A stretch of DNA of 30,021 nt from Pyrobaculum sp. (GTDB lineage: Archaea; Thermoproteota; Thermoprotei; Thermoproteales; Thermoproteaceae), in contig JBKBOT010000019.1 in the NCBI GenBank assembly GCA_046293555.1, forward strand, positions 1-30,021, read 5' to 3'. Position 1 is the first letter of the stretch. Each line of letters begins with the position of its first letter. The translations under genes were made by a program, and so were the position numbers. This document shows positions 16,880 to 24,356 of this stretch, piece by piece. The notes beneath the pieces are model-generated. The model was not told the DNA's origin. It did no database searches and saw only the letters and a list, made by a program, of their open reading frames with translations.

Positions 16880-16953
16880 AGCCTAATTAACGCAATCGTC
16901 CTGGCTTTCTTGTTGTGTTTAGATTTTGTTGTAGCTCTACTCCTCTTGGCCAT
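16876..16953 (-). CDS. 25-aa basic peptide MAKRSRATTKSKHNKKARTIALIRL (not in ORF track)
   Basis: gaaaatatata BRE/TATA-like element about 21-30 nt upstream of ATG; TGA overlaps the ATG of the capsid candidate. Confidence 0.55.
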   Translation of the reverse strand: MAKRSRATTKSKHNKKARTIALIRL

Positions 16954-17124
16954 ATGGGTTAGTATTTGGACACATATATATTTTCACGCCGAGATCTATA
17001 CAGAAAAAATGTTTAAACAACATGTTTTTATAAATGCGCCTTTCTAAATCCATGTAGACATAATTCTAAAAACATGTAGAGCAGTGGTATTTTTGGAATT
17101 TTTTAATTGACAACTTATGATCTC

Positions 17125-17958
17125 GTGTTAACTCTCTTCGAGATCTCCAGACTTTTGAGGCGGGGTCGGCTTTTTGCTATTGGTACAATCTCGCCGGAGC
17201 TCCGCGGCTGGGCGTACCAACTTCCGCCAGTGAGGCCGCCCGCCTACCTAGGCCTGGCGCTATCTGACTTCGCCTACGGCTACTGCCCCACAATGCGTAA
17301 CGTCTACCTGCGCTACGTCCTTGGGGAGAGGGGTGTTGCCACAAAGCCGCTTTTGGAGGGCCGCATCCTCCACGACACATTATCTAGAGCAATGGAGGAC
17401 TACAAGCTATATGCGCTATCTGGCAGGCCCATGTCGCCCCGCGTCGAGGATGTAGCCGATGAGTTTAGACCTAAGGCGGAGGTTTTGTATAGACATGTGG
17501 CGGCACGGCTGCTGGGGGAACACGCCTACGTGGTGGCGTCTGGGCTGGCCAGGAGTAGAGATGCCGCGGCGTTTTATGTAGCGCCCATGGCCACAAACGT
17601 GGCGATTGACGGGTCCCCCCTGGGGCTGAGCTACGTGGTGCCTGACGGCATCACGGTGGGGGCCGTTGTGGAGTTCAAATTCGGTCCGTCTCAAAACGTC
17701 GATGTGGCGCTAGCAGGCTACGCCATGGCGGTAGAGGCTGAGTACAACGTCCCCATTGATTACGGCATATATGTAAACATCTTTGTTAACAACACTGTGG
17801 AGTATCGCACCTACGTCTATTATCTAAACGATCAAGTAAGGCAGAAGTTCCTACAGATGCGCGACAGGGCCATAGAGATAGTCACGTCCAAACGGGACCC
17901 CGGCGTCGCTGAGAGTTGTAGTAAATACTGCCCCTTCTACCACATCTGTCACCGCTAG
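17125..17958 (+). CDS. csa1: Stand-alone Csa1 (type I-A Cas4-like) Fe-S nuclease
   Basis: 'ELRGW...PPV.PP.YLGL..SD....YCPT.R..YL' N-terminus typical of Csa1; G..LH, PD, EFK motifs; C-terminal C-x3-C-x5-C. Start set at GTG 17125 behind a TATA-like ttttttaa. Confidence 0.88.
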   Translation: MLTLFEISRLLRRGRLFAIGTISPELRGWAYQLPPVRPPAYLGLALSDFAYGYCPTMRNVYLRYVLGERGVATKPLLEGRILHDTLSRAMEDYKLYALSGRPMSPRVEDVADEFRPKAEVLYRHVAARLLGEHAYVVASGLARSRDAAAFYVAPMATNVAIDGSPLGLSYVVPDGITVGAVVEFKFGPSQNVDVALAGYAMAVEAEYNVPIDYGIYVNIFVNNTVEYRTYVYYLNDQVRQKFLQMRDRAIEIVTSKRDPGVAESCSKYCPFYHICHR

Positions 17959-18598
17959 GGGGCCAATTTCCGTAACGTATGACTAGAACGTTTTACATTC
18001 TTCTAAAACTGTTCCTTGGACCCATAAATTTTCTAACCATGTCCAACAATAACCATCAATAGATTTTTTAATGAGCATCGCAATAATCGTCTAGAGCTAT
18101 TGTTATTAATTTAAAGAAATAGATCGGCGAATACATTGCTTTACATATGAATATGGCCATATATAACTAAATATAGATATCTCCCCTTTTCATATAGTAT
18201 TATTTAAAGAATTTTTTAAAATGAATCCATTATCGCATCTTTATATTTAAACAAGATCATACGCTTTTTTTTATATTTTAATTATATAGGAAAATTGAGG
18301 GGGTATACGTTAATTGTTGAAATATAGGATGTCATTACGATTAGGCAAGTAACGTAGAGGGGTCAAAAAATCCGGAAAAAAACAATAATGGTGGGAAGAT
18401 GCGCATGCCGTATGATCTTACTACAACATCGAAAAATGGACATTTAACATTGTCATGCTGTTCTCAAGGAAACATTGAGTTTTTGGGGTGGTTATGTGAA
18501 ACTGTATATGGACAAAGTTGTAAAGGTTCTAGATAAATGTCTAATCGTGGTATTATGGTTATCTCGCATCGCAAGTTGTGGTCTTTTATATGTTTCTC
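17959..18598. other. AT-rich non-coding region, candidate replication origin
   Basis: 640 bp with no credible ORF and far more AT-rich than its surroundings; abuts the primase-helicase gene. Confidence 0.5.
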
Positions 18599-20989
18599 TC
18601 ACTTCTGTATTCGCTCTAACCTTATGCCACCTATGTAGCCTATACCGCCCTTTTTGACGTACTTTAATACATACGTTCTACCGTCTACCTCTATATGTCT
18701 TATCACGTTGGTTAAATGGTTTACAAATTTGTTTATATACATAGGGGTTTTGCGGTATTTTTTGCAGTAATCTAGATAATAGTTATATAAGAATCGCGTC
18801 TCGACGCGACAGCCGATACATGCATCGTCGTCACATTCACACGGCTCTATATATGCGCCGTAGTCGTATAGATCTGTTTTTGACGATAGCTCTTGTAGAA
18901 ACGCGTAGACGTGGTCTGCATATTCCATGTACTCACGCTCTATTTCCTCTATGTTCTCGCCACAGGTAAAGTAACCACGCCTAACGGCCTCTCTGGCGGC
19001 GAAAAGCGAAATCGCTATCACGTTTTCAATCTCGTCTCCCAGCTTTTCTAGAAACCGTGTGTCTGGGTTTTTGACCTCGTTTGTGAACTTAATCGTCACG
19101 AGGCGCTTGTAGATCGCCCTGGGCTGTGGGTCTAGGATTTGCGGCAGGGCGTTTGCTGCGCCGAAGAATTTGGCGTAGGGCCTGAACCTCACCCTCGGCT
19201 TGTATTTAACACGCGCCTCGATGGGGTTGCCGGAAAACACCTCCTTCAACGTGCCTGCCTTTATGATTGGCGATGCCGTGATGTCATGCACGATGTTGAC
19301 AAGCTTGTGGCGTAGGCTTATGAGGTCAAAGGGAGTGCCGTGGCCCTGTAGTTCCTCCAACGTTACCGTACATGTGTTGTTACTCCCCACGATTTTTTCC
19401 ACAAGGTAGAGGTACGTGGTTTTGCCCGTGCTAGGCGGTCCCACGAACAGAAAGCCCTTCTCAAGCGGATTCCCAGCCGTGAGAAACGCATAGCCAATTG
19501 CCTCATATAACACAGGCCAGCAGGGCCCAGCCCATTGCATAAAGGCCGCAGTCGTTTTGGGGGCATATTTCGCCGCTAGGTCCATCCACGACTTTGTTTC
19601 GGGTATGTGTCCAGGTATGTGTTCCGTCAAATACCTCTCTATCTCCTCCATGACGTCAATACGCAGTTTATGCGGCACGTAGTTAAACGTCACGACGTCG
19701 GGATCTAGGTGTTTGACACATTTTCCCACAGGGGCATCGTATAACATAAACTGTGTTGTGTTAAACATCACGCCATCTTTAAACGCCACGTGGTGTATAA
19801 TTACATCCTCCAGGGATCCAGAAGCCGTCCACCTTATTACATATTCCAAAAACTCGCGTTTTTCCGCCGTGCCGAAATCCTCTGAGGATATATTTGGTAT
19901 ATAACCATTCCGAATAAACTCGTCAGCCCAGTTGACCAAATCCCTTTCACATTCCGGCCTCAGCTTTGTGCCGTCGAAACAATACACCTCCTCTCCAAAC
20001 GTTTTTACATACGCCACGCTGCCCAAAACGCGTTCTGCCACCTTCTTGCCTATGATAGACGCCTTCTCCCTCTTTTTCCTCTTCTCGTTCTCGTTGACTG
20101 CTGTTATCGCAGGCGGTGGCGGCCAGCGCAATATAGACATGATTATCTTAGCGCCATCCTCGCCAACAACACGCTCTAACGCCTTGTAGCCATAGAGCCT
20201 CTTAGGGTCTGTGGCGTATATCTTCTCTATGTCTTCAATCACGCCATCCATCTCTTTCGCAACCTCGACGGCATGTTGTTTACATACCTTCCACCGCGCC
20301 GCCACGTGGGCAAACGCTTTGGCCGCCAGGGCGCCATGTGGCTTGATGACGCCCATAACGGCCTCCACCTCCTGCGGCGTGAGGTCGTAACACGGAGGGA
20401 TCCAGCCCGCCTTCTCCAAAGCCTCCTCCAAAACACGCAAGTCGACTACGGCCACATCTTCAAGAGGCGGCGTCTGTGTGAACTTGAGTTGTACAAGCGT
20501 GCCGCCAAGCTCCTCACATATCGCCTCCAAAGTCTTCTTGTTGACTCCTCCAAAATCACGACCAGAGTCCACCACCGCGCCGTCCTTAACGCAAAGGGTA
20601 GATGGCGGCGCTATGTGGTACCGCTTTAGCTCAATACGCGCGCCCTCTAGCTCGTAAACCCGCGGCTCTATCTTTTCTCTAGATAATACATACAGATCGT
20701 AGCCCAATGCGGTTTTTACAACAACAGCCATACCCAAATCCTTCAGTGCCTCTAGCAATTTGTTTTTCACCTCAACAGCCTTGGGGCCCGTGATGGAGAT
20801 GGGGCGTAGGTAATAAGTCTTGCCGCCGGCCTCCACCTGGAAGTTGGCCACAACTGCGACGTTATAATTCTCCATGCCAAACGGCGGACATTGGTGCAAC
20901 ATGCAGCGTGTCGGGTCCTCCCCCTCCATCAGCCGTTCGGATAGCTGGTATAGGTGGACAAAGCTGAATATATTATAGTAATCTAACAT
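18599..20989 (-). CDS. Replication protein: degenerate prim-pol domain fused to superfamily 3 (D5/P4-like) helicase and wHTH
   Basis: Walker A GPPSTGKTT, Walker B-like NIVHD, motif C GAAN, 'IYKRL' Arg finger, 'IEARVKYK' B' region; N-part has prim-pol-like NVAVVAN / KTALGYDLY / HIAPPS. Start uncertain (ATG 20989 or TTG 20998). Confidence 0.88.
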   Translation of the reverse strand: MLDYYNIFSFVHLYQLSERLMEGEDPTRCMLHQCPPFGMENYNVAVVANFQVEAGGKTYYLRPISITGPKAVEVKNKLLEALKDLGMAVVVKTALGYDLYVLSREKIEPRVYELEGARIELKRYHIAPPSTLCVKDGAVVDSGRDFGGVNKKTLEAICEELGGTLVQLKFTQTPPLEDVAVVDLRVLEEALEKAGWIPPCYDLTPQEVEAVMGVIKPHGALAAKAFAHVAARWKVCKQHAVEVAKEMDGVIEDIEKIYATDPKRLYGYKALERVVGEDGAKIIMSILRWPPPPAITAVNENEKRKKREKASIIGKKVAERVLGSVAYVKTFGEEVYCFDGTKLRPECERDLVNWADEFIRNGYIPNISSEDFGTAEKREFLEYVIRWTASGSLEDVIIHHVAFKDGVMFNTTQFMLYDAPVGKCVKHLDPDVVTFNYVPHKLRIDVMEEIERYLTEHIPGHIPETKSWMDLAAKYAPKTTAAFMQWAGPCWPVLYEAIGYAFLTAGNPLEKGFLFVGPPSTGKTTYLYLVEKIVGSNNTCTVTLEELQGHGTPFDLISLRHKLVNIVHDITASPIIKAGTLKEVFSGNPIEARVKYKPRVRFRPYAKFFGAANALPQILDPQPRAIYKRLVTIKFTNEVKNPDTRFLEKLGDEIENVIAISLFAAREAVRRGYFTCGENIEEIEREYMEYADHVYAFLQELSSKTDLYDYGAYIEPCECDDDACIGCRVETRFLYNYYLDYCKKYRKTPMYINKFVNHLTNVIRHIEVDGRTYVLKYVKKGGIGYIGGIRLERIQK

Positions 20990-21147
20990 ATGCCGCAAGG
21001 TTTACACCGATGTGCCTCTATGGGGAAACAACGTTCATACCGTTCTCCACCACTTTCTCGATCGCCCCACTCTACGGCAAGTCTTTTCGACAGCGCTGGG
21101 ATCAGGTTGGCTATGTACGTAAAATATGTAAGCTCGGCGTCTAGCAT
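20983..21147 (-). CDS. 54-aa ORF resembling the missing N-terminus of the prim-pol domain (not in ORF track)
   Basis: MLDAELTYFTYIANLIPALSKRLAVEWGD...RCKPCGIC*; its 3' end overlaps the helicase ATG (the helicase ORF is in the -1 frame). Confidence 0.45.
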   Translation of the reverse strand: MLDAELTYFTYIANLIPALSKRLAVEWGDRESGGERYERCFPIEAHRCKPCGIC

Positions 21148-21181
21148 AACTTTTTAAACCCACACTTTTTCTCATTCGAGC

Positions 21182-21241
21182 GGTGATTGAAACGGCGGCG
21201 ATGATGCGATGATCTGCCCTTTCCCATAATCATACCAAACA
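21182..21241 (+). ncRNA. Candidate K-loop-capped hairpin RNA
   Basis: Stems GGUGAUU/AAUCAUACC, GAAA/UUUC, GGCGG/CUGCC closing GAU-GAUGC-GAUGA (box C/D-like K-loop); TTTTTAAA 24 nt upstream; ACA just 3'. Confidence 0.35.
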
Positions 21242-21349
21242 GATTGTAAACACATAAATAAGTAACGTCCTATTACACCAAACCATTGCCCCTATTACGT
21301 ACGATATAAATAGATTCACAAATTTTTAAAGAGATGACAACATACACAC

Positions 21350-21667
21350 ATGCAGATGAAAAGGAGCGTAGACGAAGCAGCCGAGCTGTTATACAGACAG
21401 GGAGTGTCGGCAAAAAAGATAGCCGTAGCCTTCGGCGTAGACGTGAGGACGGTCCTAAAGACGTTAAGACGGCGTGGAGTGGAGATACGGCCACAGACAC
21501 AAAGCCGAATACGCGTTCCGACGATCTGCCCCCGCTGCGGTAAAGAGGGCATAGCCGTCGTGAGAGGCAACAGATATGTCTACATAGTCCACAAGGAGGA
21601 GAGGCCACGGTCGTGTTACGTAGGTCAACTTAAAAGGGTAAGACTGGTGATACAAGAGAAAAACTAG
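21350..21667 (+). CDS. HTH + zinc-finger (CxxC...H...C) DNA-binding protein
   Basis: 'LYRQGVSAKKIAVAFGVDVRTV' HTH; CPRCGKEG...YIVH...CYVG; TATA tttttaaa upstream. Confidence 0.8.
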   Translation: MQMKRSVDEAAELLYRQGVSAKKIAVAFGVDVRTVLKTLRRRGVEIRPQTQSRIRVPTICPRCGKEGIAVVRGNRYVYIVHKEERPRSCYVGQLKRVRLVIQEKN

Positions 21668-21731
21668 CCATAGGGGGTTGCACCACCTGCTGTCGAAAAG
21701 GCGCCGTCAGCGACAAGCCGCCCACACTGCC

Positions 21732-21925
21732 AAATTTCTTGAAAATTTTCAATAAAATGTCATATATTTGCTGCCGCCAGAACAACTGCGTTGTTTACAC
21801 CAATGCCGCGCGACTGCGGAAGTCCTTAAACACAAAATTTCTTGAAAATTTTCAAGAAATTCTGGACAGCGACGGTCGCACGTTGCGGCACATCGACGTG
21901 TATTTTTTTGAAAATTTTCAAGAAA
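21732..21925. repeat. Three copies of palindrome TTCTTGAAAATTTTCAAGAA
   Basis: Copies centred at 21745/6, 21848/9 (perfect 26-bp AATTTCTTGAAAATTTTCAAGAAATT, 21836-21861) and 21914/5, in an intergenic gap between convergent genes. Confidence 0.92.
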
Positions 21926-21983
21926 TTTTCCTAAGTGGTTGCCGCCAGTCGGGCCGCTGCTGGCGGCGCTCTATACGCCCCCT

Positions 21984-22325
21984 CTATCGCTTTCCGAAGT
22001 TTTTCTCTATTATGGCTTTTGCCTGTTCGTATGGGACGCCTGCCGCCTTTAGCCACCCGGTGAGGTAGAATGCGGCGAGCTCCATCTCGTTTCTTGAGTA
22101 CAACCTTGTGATCTCCTTGTAGCATTCATACCTGGTCCCTATTATCTTGCACATATCCTCTATGTACTCCACCGCCTTGTCCTTGCCTAGAAAGATAGCC
22201 GCAGTTTCGAGCATCCCCTTTATGTAGTACTCAACATCTGCATCCGTCCTCTCCCCCTCGAAGCCGTAGGGCGGATCGCTCCGCCTGCCGTAAACCCAGT
22301 CCAGTATGTGAAATATCCGCTCCAT
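21984..22325 (-). CDS. Hypothetical protein
   Basis: Start overlaps the upstream stop (TAATG). Confidence 0.7.
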   Translation of the reverse strand: MERIFHILDWVYGRRSDPPYGFEGERTDADVEYYIKGMLETAAIFLGKDKAVEYIEDMCKIIGTRYECYKEITRLYSRNEMELAAFYLTGWLKAAGVPYEQAKAIIEKNFGKR

Positions 22326-22744
22326 TATCCCTCCAAGAGGCGTCTCACCTCTGCTTCGGCCATGTCGAGCCTCTTTGCGATCTCCTCTGGCGGCATGCCG
22401 CGTTGGTGTAGCTCCTTGATGAGCTGTGGGTATTTATGCGGCAGGTTGGACAAGGTGGATATGTAGCAGAGGCGGTCCTTGTGTCTTATGAGTACGACCT
22501 TCCTCAAGGTTTTCGAGTTTGTGGCGATTACAAAACTCCCCTCCTGACCACACTTGGGGCAAGTCGCGGCCGGGAGCCTCCTCTTGGCGCCCCTCCTGAC
22601 CTCCACGCCGGCCTCGTGTAGTAGCCTCAAGGCGGTCGTATAGCCGATCCCCTTGGCGCGTGCGATCTGCCCAATGGTCATACCGCTTTTGTACATCTCT
22701 GCAATCTCCTTCTTCAACTCCGCTAAATCTCTCCACAACTTCAT
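22325..22744 (-). CDS. HTH + zinc-finger + HTH protein, paralogue of 21350-21667
   Basis: 'MYKSGMTIGQIARAKGIGYTT', CPKCGQEG...H...CY, second HTH 'LHQRGMPPEEIAKRL'; start ATG 22744 behind TATA ttttaaat. Confidence 0.8.
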   Translation of the reverse strand: MKLWRDLAELKKEIAEMYKSGMTIGQIARAKGIGYTTALRLLHEAGVEVRRGAKRRLPAATCPKCGQEGSFVIATNSKTLRKVVLIRHKDRLCYISTLSNLPHKYPQLIKELHQRGMPPEEIAKRLDMAEAEVRRLLEG

Positions 22745-22810
22745 ACCTATATAACGTTTTGACAATTTAAAAACGTTAAAGTTTAAATATGGGAGTTTTA
22801 TATAACGTAC

Positions 22811-23290
22811 ATGGCACGAATCACAAGTAAGGAAATGATACAACGGATACAACTTGTCGCATCTCTCGCCGAAGAATACGTCACGTCGAAACAAATCGCA
22901 GATGTGTTAAATTTGCCGAAGTCGCAAGTGGGTTACATCATTAGGAACTTTTTGCCAGGGCTTTTCGTCAAGATTTGTGACGCCGAGAGGCATTGTGTTT
23001 ACGTCACCCGCCACTTCTGGGAGAGGGCAGTTGAGGAGTTCTCAGCGCTAATCGGCAATTACGGCAGACATGTGTTTAAGTTACAACAGCTCTACTCCAC
23101 CGTCTGTGGAAACGGCGTGTTGACACGTAAGGGTTATTACACAATACCGTCACACGTAGTGACGATACTATCCGCTTTAGCTGAAACCATTGGCGCCAAA
23201 CAGTTAGACGGTCACCCTCGCGTCTACCACATCGACAAATTGCCGCCCCCGGGCGAGGTCAAGAGGCTCAAGGCTATTTGCAAGCTCTGA
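22811..23290 (+). CDS. Winged-HTH protein
   Basis: 'VTSKQIADVLNLPKSQVGYII'; TATA tttaaata 22-29 nt upstream. Confidence 0.75.
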   Translation: MARITSKEMIQRIQLVASLAEEYVTSKQIADVLNLPKSQVGYIIRNFLPGLFVKICDAERHCVYVTRHFWERAVEEFSALIGNYGRHVFKLQQLYSTVCGNGVLTRKGYYTIPSHVVTILSALAETIGAKQLDGHPRVYHIDKLPPPGEVKRLKAICKL

Positions 23291-23833
23291 TACACAGCGA
23301 CCCAGGGACCAATCCGTACATTTTTCCAATATTTTTTCCACAAGCTCTCTCTCCAGTCTAATTATCATCCTCTTCCCCCCTCTCGTAATCGGCACTATGG
23401 AGTCAACATTGCTCACAGCTTTAGAGATATATAGTCTAAGCATAGGTGCTACATATCTATGTCGCGCTCTAAGCGCGAAAAATATACTGTGGTCTATAGT
23501 GATTGCGATAGGTACGACGTCCGGCAGCCGCCTCCCGACCCTCACCCCCATGCCCCACGCCGTGTACAACACGTCCCGTATGCACAGCCAGAGGTGTGGA
23601 TATCCAACGCATAACTTCCCTATGTGATGTTCCACACCGTCCGGCAGCCCCACGGACACTCTGGCCACAACTTCGCCATCTGGCGGAGATCGGAGCGGCG
23701 GCGACACAACCCGTAGCGCCTCAGCTACGCACCGCCTGCGCGACCCTCCACAAAGCTCCACAAAGGCATTATACGCCTCAACCCCCAGCTTCAAGAGAAC
23801 AAACTTCATAAATAACACATACTGAGGGATCAT
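23204..23833 (-). CDS. Protein with tandem ribbon-helix-helix-like units
   Basis: Four beta-strand/helix/helix units (KFVLLKL, RVSVGLP, PIAITID, RMIIRLE). Start 23833 or 23809. Confidence 0.6.
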   Translation of the reverse strand: MIPQYVLFMKFVLLKLGVEAYNAFVELCGGSRRRCVAEALRVVSPPLRSPPDGEVVARVSVGLPDGVEHHIGKLCVGYPHLWLCIRDVLYTAWGMGVRVGRRLPDVVPIAITIDHSIFFALRARHRYVAPMLRLYISKAVSNVDSIVPITRGGKRMIIRLERELVEKILEKCTDWSLGRCVSELANSLEPLDLARGRQFVDVVDARVTV

Positions 23834-24356
23834 GCTATATACATTATGGCCATATGCGCTCTATCTAATCCCCATACTGTTAGCCATCCTGGTGGACCCC
23901 CAGATCTGGCCCGAGTGGAGGATAGTGCCAACAATCGCCTTCGCCACAGTTTACATCCATTGGGCGTTGAGGGAGAGATGGGCAGCGGACCCAATAGACA
24001 GACGTATGATATATGCGATCAAGATGTTAAAACCATTCGCCGTGTTGACCCCCGCCTACGGCGCAGTGGAGCTGTTTGCAAAATCGCTCTGGCCCCTCGC
24101 CGCAATGCCGCCACAGCTCTACGCAGCGCTGTCCTCAGCCTTCTGGGGCTCGTTGATAGCCGCAGGAGGCGGCCTATCGCTCATGGCGCTTACGCTAATG
24201 GCCTTCGCCACATCGCCGGTGGCGCTGGCGATACAAGAGAAGGCTTTACAACAAACGCACCAACAAACACCGCAGAGAAAAAAGGTCGAGCTTGTCCACA
24301 TGGGGAAAAAGAGGTATTTGCTTCTAGAGGAGCTTCTAGACAGGGAAGGGCAGTAG
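23832..24356 (+). CDS. Multi-pass membrane protein
   Basis: About 4 hydrophobic segments, charged tail. Confidence 0.7.
   Translation: MLYTLWPYALYLIPILLAILVDPQIWPEWRIVPTIAFATVYIHWALRERWAADPIDRRMIYAIKMLKPFAVLTPAYGAVELFAKSLWPLAAMPPQLYAALSSAFWGSLIAAGGGLSLMALTLMAFATSPVALAIQEKALQQTHQQTPQRKKVELVHMGKKRYLLLEELLDREGQ

Noticed and set aside
17959-18598. CRISPR array or leader next to csa1
   Set aside because: No regularly spaced 24-37-bp direct repeats; only AT-rich sequence and short loose motifs.
18475-18657. 60-aa + strand ORF in the AT-rich region
   Set aside because: TTG start, overlaps the helicase end, no recognisable features.
21165-21193. Solo CRISPR-repeat-like sequence ending GATTGAAAC
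   Set aside because: Single copy with only the 3' end resembling a repeat; better explained as the 5' arm of the hairpin.
21520-21630. Integrase call for the CPRCGKEG zinc-finger proteins
   Set aside because: No tyrosine- or serine-recombinase catalytic domain; no att or tRNA fragment seen in the window.
21732-21925. Palindromes as a canonical CRISPR array
   Set aside because: Uneven spacing (103/66 bp), loop-less perfect palindromes and no GAAA(C/G) 3' end; kept as an unexplained repeat.
21739-22068. 109-aa + strand ORF across the palindromes
   Set aside because: The repeated 'ENFQEI' is just the DNA repeat translated; overlaps a better minus-strand gene.
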